The notes: generated by a model not told the origin, from the letters alone. 64,000 bases of DNA from an uncultured bacterium (GCA_963727715.1 CAVSGX010000004.1:8455-72454); one strand, 5' to 3'. Shown: positions 8,279-18,746, counted from the first letter of the stretch. Program-made: numbers and translations.

Positions 8279-10771
8279 TTATTCCCCATGGCAATGTTTG
8301 AACTTTTTACCGCTTCCGCACCAACACTTGTCATTCCTGCCAATTTTTTTACCATCCGGCGTGTTGCGACGAGTATCAACAACTTTGACCTCGCCCTGCC
8401 CCGCTAGAGTGCCGACCGGACCGCCGGCGTCTCGCGCTTCGGAAAGCTTGATTGGCTCCTCCAATCTAATCTGCTGTTGCCCGATTTGTGGAATGAGTTT
8501 GATAATTTCCAGCCCAATCGAAAACTCCATATCTTTGAAAAGTTTTAATCCTTCGCGTTTGTATTCCACCAACGGATCACGCTGGCCGTAAGCTCGCAGA
8601 TTAACCGAGGAGCGCATATAGTCCATCATCTCCAAGTGATCAATCCAGAACATATCAATGGTCGAGAGAATCAGTCGGCGGATATTTTGCAAGTATTCCG
8701 ATGATGCGCTTTCCAAAAGTTTTTCAACCGGCGCTCTTTCTTCATCGCTGACTGTCAGCAAAATTTCGGCCAGATAATTTTTGACTTCTTCATCTCCCCC
8801 GCGCAGAATGGCGTTGCGCCGAGCATACATTATTTTGCGCTGGAAATTCAAAACATCATCAAATTCCAAAATGTGTTTGCGGGCATCAAAGTTGAAACCT
8901 TCAATGCGTTCCTGGGCATTTTCCAAAGAGCGGGTAATCATTTTATTTTCAACTGGCTGATCATCACGAAGCCCCAGTTTGCTCAAAAGACCTTTAAAGT
9001 TTTCCCCGCCGAAAATTCGCATCAGATTGTCTTCTAGCGAAACGAAAAATTGCGTCTCGCCCGGATCGCCTTGGCGACCGCTACGGCCTCGCAGTTGGTT
9101 GTCTATGCGACGAGCATCGTGTCGTTCCGTGCCGAGCACAAAAAGCCCGCCAAGAGATTTGACCTTTTGATAATCCTGTTGGTTGCCCGGGTTGCCACCG
9201 AGTTTAACATCCACGCCTCGACCAGCCATGTTAGTGGCAATGGTTACTGCACTTGGTCTGCCAGCTTGAGCGATAATTTCTCCTTCTCGAGTGTGATTTT
9301 TGGCGTTCAAAATCTCATGGGGCACTCCTTCGGTCTTAAGATATTCGGAAAGTGTTTCGTTTTTTTCAATGGAAACCGTGCCGATCAGAACAGGCTGGCC
9401 GAGTTTGTGTCTTTCTTTGACTTCTTTGGCGATAGCCTTGAATTTACCAGCCTCTGTCTGAAAAATCAGATCATTTTTGTCTAATCGAATTGATTTTTGA
9501 TTTGTTGGAATAACTACCACTTCCAAACCGTAAACTTTGTAAAACTCCTCGCTGGATGTGACCGCTGTGCCGGTCATACCCGACAGTTTTTTGTAAAGTC
9601 TGAAATAATTTTGGAACGTTATTGAAGCGAAAGTTCGAGATTCCTTTTGGATTTTGACCCCTTCTTTGGCTTCAATGGCCTGATGCAGACCTTCCGACCA
9701 CCTTCGGCCGGGCTGAAGACGCCCGGTGAATTCATCCACGATAATCACTTCATTATCCTTGACCACGTATTCCTTGTCTTTGTGAAAAAGGGCTTCTGCC
9801 CGGACCGCCGTCTCCAAATGATGAACAAATTTGACTCCTTTTTCGGTGTAAATATTTTCTATCCCCAGAAGTTCCTCGGATCGGCTGATACCACTGTCGG
9901 TTAGAGAAATTGCTTTAAACTTCTCGTCCACTGTGTAATGCTCGTCTTTTTGGAGCTTGCTGGCGATTTGGGCAAAACGAATATAAAGCTCGTCGGAATC
10001 TCCAGCCGGCGCGGAAATAATAAGCGGAGTGCGGGCTTCATCAATCAAAATGGAATCAATTTCATCAACAATGGCATAATTAAACTCTCTTTGGCGCAAA
10101 CGAGCGACATCTTGTTCAATATTGTCTCGCAAATAATCAAAACCGAATTCATTATTGGTGCCGTAAGTGATATCGGCTTCATAGGCCTCGCGCCTAGTAG
10201 CTGGCCGCAAGAATTCGTTCACCACTTTGAAAGAACCAAGTTCATCGCGTTCTTTATCAAGCTCTCTGTGAGTCGGATCGTATAAAAATGATTCCTCATG
10301 GTTGATGACACCAACAGAAACACCAAGAAAATCATAAATTTGCCCCATCCACGTGGCATCTCTTTTAGACAAATAATCATTGACCGTGACAATGTGCACG
10401 CCGGCGCCGGATAAAGAATTAAGATAGGCCGGCAACGTGGCCACCAGCGTTTTTCCTTCACCAGTGCGCATCTCGGCTATGTTACCCTGATGCAAAACTA
10501 TGCCTCCCAAAAGCTGGACATCGAAATGTCTCTGTCCCAAAGTGCGCACAGAGGCCTCACGGACAACAGAAAAAGCTTCCGGCAAAATATCATCAAGAGA
10601 TTGGCCATCCTTAATTTTAGCCTTAAATTCTAGGGTTTTGGCCCGAAGAGCCTCGTCGGGTAGCGATTTAATCCCCGGCTCAAGCTGGTTGATTTTCTCC
10701 ACGACAGGCTTCAAATCTTTCAGCATTTTGCCCGATCTGTCACCCCCTAATTTATTCAAAAATGACAACAC
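8279..10771 (-). CDS. secA: Preprotein translocase ATPase SecA (GTG start)
   Basis: 'LGGIVLHQGNIAEMRTGEGKTLVATLPAYLN' and a C-terminal zinc finger 'CWCGSGKKFKHCHG'. Confidence 0.95.
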   Translation of the reverse strand: MLSFLNKLGGDRSGKMLKDLKPVVEKINQLEPGIKSLPDEALRAKTLEFKAKIKDGQSLDDILPEAFSVVREASVRTLGQRHFDVQLLGGIVLHQGNIAEMRTGEGKTLVATLPAYLNSLSGAGVHIVTVNDYLSKRDATWMGQIYDFLGVSVGVINHEESFLYDPTHRELDKERDELGSFKVVNEFLRPATRREAYEADITYGTNNEFGFDYLRDNIEQDVARLRQREFNYAIVDEIDSILIDEARTPLIISAPAGDSDELYIRFAQIASKLQKDEHYTVDEKFKAISLTDSGISRSEELLGIENIYTEKGVKFVHHLETAVRAEALFHKDKEYVVKDNEVIIVDEFTGRLQPGRRWSEGLHQAIEAKEGVKIQKESRTFASITFQNYFRLYKKLSGMTGTAVTSSEEFYKVYGLEVVVIPTNQKSIRLDKNDLIFQTEAGKFKAIAKEVKERHKLGQPVLIGTVSIEKNETLSEYLKTEGVPHEILNAKNHTREGEIIAQAGRPSAVTIATNMAGRGVDVKLGGNPGNQQDYQKVKSLGGLFVLGTERHDARRIDNQLRGRSGRQGDPGETQFFVSLEDNLMRIFGGENFKGLLSKLGLRDDQPVENKMITRSLENAQERIEGFNFDARKHILEFDDVLNFQRKIMYARRNAILRGGDEEVKNYLAEILLTVSDEERAPVEKLLESASSEYLQNIRRLILSTIDMFWIDHLEMMDYMRSSVNLRAYGQRDPLVEYKREGLKLFKDMEFSIGLEIIKLIPQIGQQQIRLEEPIKLSEARDAGGPVGTLAGQGEVKVVDTRRNTPDGKKIGRNDKCWCGSGKKFKHCHGE

Positions 10772-11351
10772 AACCGGTTAATGGTAACACAAAATTGATA
10801 CTTTCTCAAATTTTTAAATCACTAACAAAAATCCGCACCGGATTATCGGAGCGGGTTCTTGTAAGTAGGAAAGAAAAGAGCGATTATGCTCGTTTCTTCT
10901 TTGCAGCTTTTTTCTTCTTTGCCATAAAAGTGTATTTGAAACCAACCGGCTAGCCAATTGATTCCAGAAAAAAATTAATTTTTTTAAAGTTCGCAACGAA
11001 AATATTTTTTCGTTGTTCCGACCTGTCATAATTATAGTACAGAAAAAAATAAAAAAATATTTTTTTCAGACAAAAGTGTGGATAACTATTTTTCGAAAAA
11101 ATATTTGCAAAACAAATTTTCAAAAAGTATTTTCTAGAGCACGAATATTTTTCTGCTGAAAAATTTCTCTCGCTCGCCACTCAAGAAAACAATCGTCCTC
11201 GATGACGGGACTTCCGGCGAACTCCTCGCTTCGCTCGTCAAACACCGCCTTCACCCTCTCCCATCTCGTCGTTGTTTTCTAAGTGGCTCCGCAGTCTCCA
11301 AAAAACACTTTTTGAAAATTTTTTTTGTGACATATTCTTGTCTCAGCGGGA

Positions 11352-11388
11352 TTGGAAAAACAAAAAAACACCGCGTGGTGTTTTTTGT
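11352..11388 (-). terminator. Rho-independent terminator (minus strand)
   Basis: Hairpin 'AAAAAACACC-ACGC-GGTGTTTTTT' followed by 'TTTTTTTGTTTTT' on the minus strand. Confidence 0.5.
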
Positions 11389-11615
11389 CCCGCCGATGAG
11401 CGGCGGGCGGAGACGAACCTCCAACAAATGTCATTTTGTGAGTGTTATCCGCCTGCCACTCATCAGTAAGACAAATAAAGCATAGCAAATTGGCCAAAAT
11501 CAGGCAACCCACCAATTTACATAAACCACAAAGCCCGCCGTGAGGCGGGCTTTGTGTGACATTCGTTGAGAGGTTGTGCCTTATTGCCGAAGCAATCCTG
11601 CATTCCACTCACCCC
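11354..11615 (-). ncRNA. Candidate structured ncRNA of unknown class (GC-rich island with its own promoter and terminator)
   Basis: A minus-strand -10 'TATACT' (11619-11624) with a weak -35 'TTGCTT'. The transcript would start 'GGGGGUGAGUGG'. It has internal perfect hairpins (11531-11556, 11391-11409) and ends at a hairpin plus T-tract. No protein-like ORF is present. Confidence 0.25.
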
Positions 11616-11699
11616 CACAGTATACTACAATTCGACAAATAAAGCAAATCAGAAAAAGTTGTTTGTTTTAGCCGTTTTTCAGCATAGGATATCCACAGA

Positions 11700-13901
11700 T
11701 TATTGATTCTCTATCTGCTGAATGTATTGTTCCCCTTGTGTTTTGAAATCAGGTTGTTGAGTTATTATTTGGTTTATGAGGTCAATAGCCTTCTGTTTCT
11801 GTCCTATCTGCAAATAAGCTGAGGCCAAAGACAATTTGTATTGCAAGTTGGTTGGATCACTTTGCAAACGAGTGGACAAAATGGAAATGACATCTTGATA
11901 ATCATGGACTGCGGCATAAGTTTCCAAAAATCTGTTGTCGGAAATAATGACTTTCGGATCAATTTTTGATTCCATTTCTTTCAAAACATCCGGCTTTTTA
12001 TCATAAATCGCGCCAACAGCATAAATTATCTTTCCATCGGGAGAATCGGGGGCCAAATCGTAACCAGTCTGGAAAGCTTGAAAACCAGAATCATAATCCC
12101 CGGCCCCGATATAAGCCTGACCAAGAGCAAAGTATATGGAAGGTTTGTTTGGTGATTCAGCAGCAGCTCGTTTCAGATAAATCAGGGCTGTACTATATTG
12201 TCCGAAATTTCCGTAAAACTCGCCGGCAAAAAGCAAATAACGAGCATCATGCGGAGTGTTGGCAATTTTAATTTTAATCTGCTCCGCCCCAAGATTGTAG
12301 AATTGCTGTTTCAAATCGCTCGGCACTTGCTGGGAAGATTCAACTTGAGCAGAAAAAGAGACCATCTGTTCCAGAGCTTCGCTTGTGCCAAAAGAATTGT
12401 AACTGAAAACTTTTTTAAAATTCTGCAAATTGTTTGAGAGATCAGTAAGAGATTTTGGCGGAGTGATAGCCGAGATAAGAGTGACATTAGCCAAAATAGC
12501 TGGAACATTTATAAAATAGATTCCAGCCACGACCAAAATGGTGATAAGCGGAGCAAAAATATAGTTTTCACTGTCTTTGGAAAAAGTTTTGCTGTAAAAC
12601 TGGCCGGATGGTTTTTCATCGGCTGTGCTTCTGGTATGGACATAACCCAAAATAGAAAAGAACAAAATGTAACTTATGAGGTTGTCAAAGACGAAGAGAT
12701 TATGAAATACATAAGCGGCAATCATCCCGGTCAGAAGACTTTTTTCCGTCACAGACATCTTGCTCCCCCTTCTCCATATATAATAGAGTAGAGCGACATA
12801 CATTGAGGCATAAGCCAGAAAACCGACAATGCCTCCGGCTATGAGCCAATCCAAAACTATGTCGTGAGTGCGGTCAAACCACTGCTCCTGATTCCACATC
12901 CGCGTATCGTAATATTTGTTAAAGACAAAATTGAAACTTTCCTGCCCCCAGCCGAAAATCGGTCGTTCAATGACGCCTTTGACGGCCATAGGCCAAACAT
13001 AATAACGGCCCTGACTTTGAAGTTCCCCCAGACCCATTGAGGCAAAACGCGACAGAACCGGACTTTTCTGGACGAAAGAAACATTGCGAAGACTGATAAA
13101 ACTGACAATCAAAATGACAATGCCGATAAGCACGCCGTAAGCGGTTTTGCGCAAAGTTTTATTTTCTTTTTCTTTCCAAGCAACAATGATGGAAGCCAAA
13201 ACGAGACCGCCGATAAGGCCAAGAATCGCTCCCCTGGTGGCTGTGAAATACAGAATCCACGCTTCAAACAAAACCACCAAACCATAAATCCATTTTTGCC
13301 ATTTTTTGGTATCTTCTCGGAAGAAAAAATAAAGTGACAGGAAAATATTGAAAACCAGATAAATGGCCAGATAGGAAGCATTGCCAAGTGTGGCATCAAG
13401 TCTGACACCGCCTTGGTTGATTGTCAGCAAACCCAGAAGTTGCAAAGTCCCGTAAATAGACATCAGGACACTGGCCCCGATAGAGATGTTGAAAAATTGA
13501 TACCACCTTTTGGCGCTTTGAAAAACTCCGGTAGCCACAATGTAATAAAGAACAAGATGAAAAATCAAAACAAAACCTTCCATTCTTTCGTAGTTGCTCC
13601 ACAAACTTTTGTAAACATTGGCGGAAAGCAGATCGGCCACAAGCATTGCTCCGGCAAAAATAAGGATTGATTTGGTGATCCAGGACATTTTCGGTCGATA
13701 TTCGGGCGATATGACGCACAACATGGCATAAAGCCCGAACAAAATTTCAACTAAGATGCGAAAAACAAAACCTTTGCCGGAAATAAATGGGAAAAACATA
13801 TTGACTGGAACAAAAAAAGCGATGAACGGAACAAGAAACAGGCCGATTGTTGTGGCCCACAAAAGTGCGTTTTTGGTTTTCATATGGAAAGAGTATAGCA
13901 A
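11700..13901 (-). CDS. O-antigen ligase (WaaL/Wzy_C)-like polytopic membrane protein with C-terminal TPR repeats
   Basis: More than ten TM helices over the N-terminal ~440 aa, then TPR-like repeats ('ALGQAYIGAGDYDSGFQAF...'). Confidence 0.5.
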   Translation of the reverse strand: MLYSFHMKTKNALLWATTIGLFLVPFIAFFVPVNMFFPFISGKGFVFRILVEILFGLYAMLCVISPEYRPKMSWITKSILIFAGAMLVADLLSANVYKSLWSNYERMEGFVLIFHLVLYYIVATGVFQSAKRWYQFFNISIGASVLMSIYGTLQLLGLLTINQGGVRLDATLGNASYLAIYLVFNIFLSLYFFFREDTKKWQKWIYGLVVLFEAWILYFTATRGAILGLIGGLVLASIIVAWKEKENKTLRKTAYGVLIGIVILIVSFISLRNVSFVQKSPVLSRFASMGLGELQSQGRYYVWPMAVKGVIERPIFGWGQESFNFVFNKYYDTRMWNQEQWFDRTHDIVLDWLIAGGIVGFLAYASMYVALLYYIWRRGSKMSVTEKSLLTGMIAAYVFHNLFVFDNLISYILFFSILGYVHTRSTADEKPSGQFYSKTFSKDSENYIFAPLITILVVAGIYFINVPAILANVTLISAITPPKSLTDLSNNLQNFKKVFSYNSFGTSEALEQMVSFSAQVESSQQVPSDLKQQFYNLGAEQIKIKIANTPHDARYLLFAGEFYGNFGQYSTALIYLKRAAAESPNKPSIYFALGQAYIGAGDYDSGFQAFQTGYDLAPDSPDGKIIYAVGAIYDKKPDVLKEMESKIDPKVIISDNRFLETYAAVHDYQDVISILSTRLQSDPTNLQYKLSLASAYLQIGQKQKAIDLINQIITQQPDFKTQGEQYIQQIENQ

Positions 13902-13945
13902 ATAGATTTTCTAAGCGCTAGCAATAAGGCTTATAATAAAGTAAT

Positions 13946-15223
13946 ATGGAACCTATGAATAAATTGAAAGAGAAAGGAATCAGTTGGCTAAAGTGGTTGG
14001 AGAAATACACCAAAACCGATATGCTTTACCTGGCCAGAGGCGGTTTTTGGGGTCTAATAAGCCAAATAAGCCTCGTAATTATGACTTTTGGCCTAGCTAT
14101 AGCCTTTGCCCATCTAGTGCCAAAAGAGGTCTATGGTCAATATAAATACATTCTTTCCATCATCAGCTTACTTGGCACATTGACTTTGACCGGACTTGGC
14201 ACAGCCACATTGCAATCAATCAGCCGTGGCTATGAAGGGGCTCTTTCCTACGCTTTTTGGAAAAATATAAAATGGAGCGTATTATTTTTTCTCGGCGCCG
14301 GATTGATATCGGTTTACTATTTTATCCACGGCAATTTCACTTTGGCCGTCTCTATGCTCATTGCCGGATGTCTCTGGCCATTTTTTAACAGCACTAATTT
14401 TTATTCTTCCCTCCTGATAGCTAAAAAAGATTTTCGTCGGATAACTATTTATTTTGATATCATCGGCAACTTTGTTCCATATATTTGTTTATTCGTCACA
14501 ATGTTTTTGACCAAAAATCCTGTTTTCTTTGTGGCGGTTTATATTATCTCAAATACACTTATTGGTATCATATTATATAGACGTATCATTTCAATCTACA
14601 AACCGAACAACAAAGTTGACCCTGAGATGCTTACTTACAGCAAACATTTGAGTTTGATTGGAATATTGTCAGGTCTTTCCGATAATTTGGATCAGATACT
14701 GGTTTTCCATTATGTCGGCGCAGCCGAGCTGGCCGTCTACAATTTCGCCACGGCCATTCCGGACCAGATTAAAGGCCCGGTAAAAAATTTGGGTAATATG
14801 ATTTTCCCAAAATTCGCCGAGCGTGAAGACAAAGAGATAAAATCTGGGATGGGATTAAAAATGTTGATATTGCTGGCCGTTTGCCTCATTATGACTGTCG
14901 GGTATATTGCGTTGGCTCCGTATATATTCAAAATATTTTTCCCAAAATATCTTGATTCGGTTTTTTATTCGCAGATTTTCAGTCTTTCCTTGATTTCTTA
15001 CATAGCCATACCGGCGAACACATATCTAGTTGCCAAAAAAAAGATTCGAGAGCAATATATCACAAATGTCACAATGTCCATTTTTCAGATAATTATTCTT
15101 TTTGTGTCAGTGGTGGTTTGGGGGCTTATTGGTCTTGTAGTGGCCAGAGTGTTGGTCCGCACCCTTTCGGCCGTTATCAGCATTGTATTTTATAATGTTT
15201 CCATAAAAAGGGTTGGGACATAA
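13946..15223 (+). CDS. Polysaccharide biosynthesis protein / Wzx-type flippase-like membrane protein
   Basis: A 425-aa protein with ~12 TM segments at the head of a glycosyltransferase cluster. Confidence 0.5.
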   Translation: MEPMNKLKEKGISWLKWLEKYTKTDMLYLARGGFWGLISQISLVIMTFGLAIAFAHLVPKEVYGQYKYILSIISLLGTLTLTGLGTATLQSISRGYEGALSYAFWKNIKWSVLFFLGAGLISVYYFIHGNFTLAVSMLIAGCLWPFFNSTNFYSSLLIAKKDFRRITIYFDIIGNFVPYICLFVTMFLTKNPVFFVAVYIISNTLIGIILYRRIISIYKPNNKVDPEMLTYSKHLSLIGILSGLSDNLDQILVFHYVGAAELAVYNFATAIPDQIKGPVKNLGNMIFPKFAEREDKEIKSGMGLKMLILLAVCLIMTVGYIALAPYIFKIFFPKYLDSVFYSQIFSLSLISYIAIPANTYLVAKKKIREQYITNVTMSIFQIIILFVSVVVWGLIGLVVARVLVRTLSAVISIVFYNVSIKRVGT

Positions 15224-15229
15224 AACATT

Positions 15230-15841
15230 ATGATTAAAGCTGTTTTATTCGATCTTGACGGAGTATTGGTTAATATGCCAGATGGGCACTATGAAGCTCT
15301 TAATAAAGCCCTGTCTCTTTTTGGCGCACGCATAGAAAGGGAGGAACATGACAATCATTTCAACGGATTGCCGACAAGAAAAAAGTTGGAGTTGTTGGAA
15401 AGGGAAAAAAGATTACCACCAGGATTGTCTGAATTTATAAATTCAATCAAACAAAAATATACCAAAGAAATTATACCGAAATATTGCACTCCTGATTATT
15501 CAAAAATCATCATGCTTGAACATTTGAAAAGCAGAGATTTGAAACTTGCTTGTTGTTCAAATTCAATAAAAGAAACACTAAATTTAATGCTCCAGTCCGC
15601 CAATATTTTTGACTTCTTCGATTTGATTATGGGCAACGATGAGGTTGTAAATCCAAAACCCCATCCGGAAATATATTTGAGAGCCTTTGAAGAATTGAGA
15701 GTTAAACCGCTCGAATGCATAATTGTGGAAGACGCTCCTCATGGCATCGCCGCGGCAAAGGCCTCCGGAGCCCGGGTCATAGAAGTCCGCGGAGTTGAAG
15801 ATGTGAACTTCTCTTTATTTGAGGGTATAATTTTTGATTAA
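15230..15841 (+). CDS. HAD-superfamily hydrolase
   Basis: 'VLFDLDGVLV' motif I; 'CCSNS' and 'GNDEV' downstream motifs. Confidence 0.7.
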   Translation: MIKAVLFDLDGVLVNMPDGHYEALNKALSLFGARIEREEHDNHFNGLPTRKKLELLEREKRLPPGLSEFINSIKQKYTKEIIPKYCTPDYSKIIMLEHLKSRDLKLACCSNSIKETLNLMLQSANIFDFFDLIMGNDEVVNPKPHPEIYLRAFEELRVKPLECIIVEDAPHGIAAAKASGARVIEVRGVEDVNFSLFEGIIFD

Positions 15842-16162
15842 ATGAAAATACAACGTTTGGAAAATTTCACTAAAGGATGGGTTGTCGGAGACTTTGACCC
15901 GTCAATCATCAAAACCAAAGATTTTGAGTTCATGGTTCGTTATTACAAAACTGGAGATACCGAGGCAAAACATGTCCATAAAATAGCTGAGGAAATTACT
16001 GTCATCGTTTCCGGAAAATTCAGAATGAATGATAAAATTGTCACGGCTGGAGATGCTGTTCATTTGATGCCTGGCGAAGCCACTGATTTTGAATGCATAG
16101 AAGACGGCTCAAACGCGGTTGTAAAAATCCCCTCGGTTCTAGGAGATAAATATATTGTTTAA
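15842..16162 (+). CDS. Cupin-domain protein (sugar-nucleotide modifying/WxcM-like small barrel)
   Basis: 106 aa with a 'GDTEAKHVHKIAEEITVIVSG...GDAVHLMPGEA' cupin pattern. Confidence 0.4.
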   Translation: MKIQRLENFTKGWVVGDFDPSIIKTKDFEFMVRYYKTGDTEAKHVHKIAEEITVIVSGKFRMNDKIVTAGDAVHLMPGEATDFECIEDGSNAVVKIPSVLGDKYIV

Positions 16163-17002
16163 ATCTTTAACCAAATCGGGCCAATCTGTGCACACAGCAT
16201 CTGGTTTCAGATTGATTATTTCTTTTAATCGTTTGATTAAAATTTCCTTACTGCTGGCGTCTTGATGAGCTTCCCCCCCTAAAAGTCCAGGGGATGTGGC
16301 ATGAAGTTCTGGAGTAACCAGGGCGATTTTTATGTTATTTTTTCTTAACAAATCAAATGTCTGCTTTTCATAAAAAGTTTTTTCTCCTCCACCAAGCAGA
16401 GATTTATCCCATTCATCCAACCAAACCCAGTCGAACAAATTTTTATTTTTTATGGCTTCGTCCAAGGTTATGAGTGTTTTGCCCACCACTTGAGAATAAC
16501 GCTCAATATCGTAAACATGCGATACCGACGGAGCAAGATGAGTTTTTGGATTTTTTCTTTTCATGTAAGAGGCTGTTTTGACTGTAGCATCAAAAATAAT
16601 TAAACAGTCTAAATCAATTTTTTGAAGTTCGTGGGAAAGAAGATCCAAATATTCCGGGTTTTGCCAAAGATATTTCAAATGAAGAGCGGAAATTCGCGAC
16701 TCAAAAGACATTAATAAATTAAAAATTTTTGGTATTGTCATCAAGTGACAACCGGAAAAATCCATATTGAGAATTTCTTCGGCTGTTACTTCACTAATCA
16801 ATCTTTCATCTCTACCTTGAGTTATGCGTTTAAGATTTGAATCGTGAATAACAACCATTTGACGGTCTTTTGTAAATTGCAGATCAAATTCCAAGCCAAA
16901 TCCCCTACTAAGCTGATCGGTAAAGGCCTCTCTTGAACTTTCCGCGAAATAATGGTCGCGACCGCAGTCTATCCCACGATGGGTGATTATTTGCATATGC
17001 AA
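16139..17002 (-). CDS. Glycerophosphodiester phosphodiesterase family protein
   Basis: 'IITHRG...GLEFDLQFTKDRQMVVIHD' (GDPD H-R-G, E-x-D and H-D motifs). Confidence 0.55.
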   Translation of the reverse strand: MHMQIITHRGIDCGRDHYFAESSREAFTDQLSRGFGLEFDLQFTKDRQMVVIHDSNLKRITQGRDERLISEVTAEEILNMDFSGCHLMTIPKIFNLLMSFESRISALHLKYLWQNPEYLDLLSHELQKIDLDCLIIFDATVKTASYMKRKNPKTHLAPSVSHVYDIERYSQVVGKTLITLDEAIKNKNLFDWVWLDEWDKSLLGGGEKTFYEKQTFDLLRKNNIKIALVTPELHATSPGLLGGEAHQDASSKEILIKRLKEIINLKPDAVCTDWPDLVKDLNNIFIS

Positions 17003-17067
17003 ATAATATCACTTTAAAAATCACTTTAAAAATGCTAGGATTGCATATAACAAACTAATAAAAATCT

Positions 17068-17889
17068 ATGAAAAATAAAGGCAAAAAACAAGGAAATTTG
17101 TCAGCCAAAAAAATGACAAAAAGTGTTAAAGAAAAGGAAAAAACACTCAATATCGTCATCCCCATGGCCGGTAAGGGCTCGCGCTTTATAGAGGCCGGGT
17201 ATACTTTTCCTAAACCGCTTATATCCATAAAAAATAAAACTATGATTGAGGTGGTTATAAAAAACCTCAAACCAAAAATCAAACACCGTTTCATTTTCAT
17301 AGCCCAAAAAGAACACTGCGAAAAATACGATATATACAATGTCTTGAAAAAAACAACGGACAACAATTTTGAATTGATTCAAATAAATGGGGTGACCGAG
17401 GGCGCGGCATGCACAGTTTTATTGTCATCACAATACATAAACAACGACGACGATTTGCTTATCGCTAACTCAGATCAATATATAGACACAGACATAAACG
17501 ATTTTATAAAAAAATCCAGAAATCTGAAAATGGATGGAACGATTATGACCTTCGAAGCCAGCCATCCGAAGTGGAGTTACGCCAGAACGGATAATCTTGG
17601 TAGAATAATCGAGGTAGCCGAAAAAAAAGTCATTTCGCCCAATGCCACCGTGGGCATATATTATTTTTCAAAAGGTTCCAATTTCGTAAAAGCGGCATAG
17701 TCCATGATCCAAAAAAATATACGTCACAACAATGAATTCTATGTTTGTCCGGTATATAACGAGATGATTTTAATGGGGAAAAATTCTTATGTTTATAAAA
17801 TAGAACCGGAAGATATGCATGGGCTTGGCACACCGGAAGATCTTAACCTTTTTATGAAAAAACTGGACGAGGGAAAAGTTAAAATTTAA
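17068..17889 (+). pseudogene. Sugar-phosphate nucleotidyltransferase interrupted by a single in-frame TAG at 17698-17700 (two ORFs 17068..17700 and 17704..17889 in the same frame)
   Basis: 'NIVIPMAGKGSRF' NTP-transferase motif. The downstream ORF 'MIQKN...GLGTPEDL' continues in frame 1 and completes the typical C-terminus. Confidence 0.45.
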
Positions 17890-17904
17890 CCATTAATCCT
17901 AAAC

Positions 17905-18729
17905 ATGACCAAACTATATTACAATTTCAAAAAAATGTGCATTTTGGTATTTAAATGGACAGGTTTGAGTGTATTGCTCCGCTATATTTCCGATGTTTAT
18001 GAGGTGAAATGCAACGCCCCCAAAGCAAACTTTGATGAACTAAAGAAAGGGTGGTCAATAATAGTCATAACCGATGGACACAATAAAGATTGTCTTGATA
18101 AATTAATACAGACGGCCGGTTTAGAATTGAAGGATTCTCCTTATGAGATAATAATAGTTGGCCCGCCGAATTTAGATATAAATTCATACAAAAATTATAA
18201 TGTTATACATTTCCCTTACAGAGAATTGTTGCTGTGGGGAGTGCCCGGTTTTATAAGCAGAAAAAAGAATGCCGGGGCAAAATTGGCCAAATATGACAAA
18301 TTGGCGGTAAGTCATGATTATGTATCTTTTTTGCCGGGTTGGAAAAAAGGATTTGATCAGTTTGGAGATTTTACAGTCGGCACAAATATTGTTTTGAATC
18401 AAAATGGAAAAAGGCATAGAGATTGGATAACATTTGACTACCCCGGTATCGGACAAGCGATGATACCATATGATAAATCCTGCAACAAATATCAATATCT
18501 CAACGGAACATATTTTGTGGTCAAAAGAAATTTTTTTCTGGAAAATCCGATTGATGAAAAACATAGATGGGGTGAAGGAGAAGATGTCTGGTGGTCAATG
18601 AAAATCAGAGAGAAGACAAATTTTTCAATGAATACACTTAGTTCCGTGATATATTCAAAACTGAAACCAAACCCTTCTGAACGTTGGCAAAGAAATTCAG
18701 AAAAATTAAAATTGGAATTGGAGAAATAA
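17905..18729 (+). CDS. Hypothetical protein in glycan locus (possible glycosyltransferase-like)
   Basis: The frame is open for 274 aa in the glycan-locus context. No firm motif. Confidence 0.35.
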   Translation: MTKLYYNFKKMCILVFKWTGLSVLLRYISDVYEVKCNAPKANFDELKKGWSIIVITDGHNKDCLDKLIQTAGLELKDSPYEIIIVGPPNLDINSYKNYNVIHFPYRELLLWGVPGFISRKKNAGAKLAKYDKLAVSHDYVSFLPGWKKGFDQFGDFTVGTNIVLNQNGKRHRDWITFDYPGIGQAMIPYDKSCNKYQYLNGTYFVVKRNFFLENPIDEKHRWGEGEDVWWSMKIREKTNFSMNTLSSVIYSKLKPNPSERWQRNSEKLKLELEK

Positions 18730-18746
18730 TTGATAAAAATATTCAA

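Noticed and set aside
8262-10461. Plus-strand ORFs 8262..8591, 8979..9170, 9050..9484, 9647..9904, 9938..10285 and minus 10219..10461
   Set aside because: These are antisense or shadow ORFs inside the well-supported secA gene. Similar shadow ORFs lie inside gatB, obg, the glycosyltransferases, the coupling ATPase and the vWA gene.
11354-11615. tmRNA (ssrA) assignment for the GC-rich candidate RNA
   Set aside because: The 5' end 'GGGGGUG' and a 'GGAGGUUCGUCUCC' stem-loop are suggestive. The putative 7-bp acceptor pairing has a G-G mismatch. The T-loop would lack the conserved A58. No resume-codon tag ORF ending in ...AA-stop is present. The ~260-nt length is short for four pseudoknots. The class is left open.
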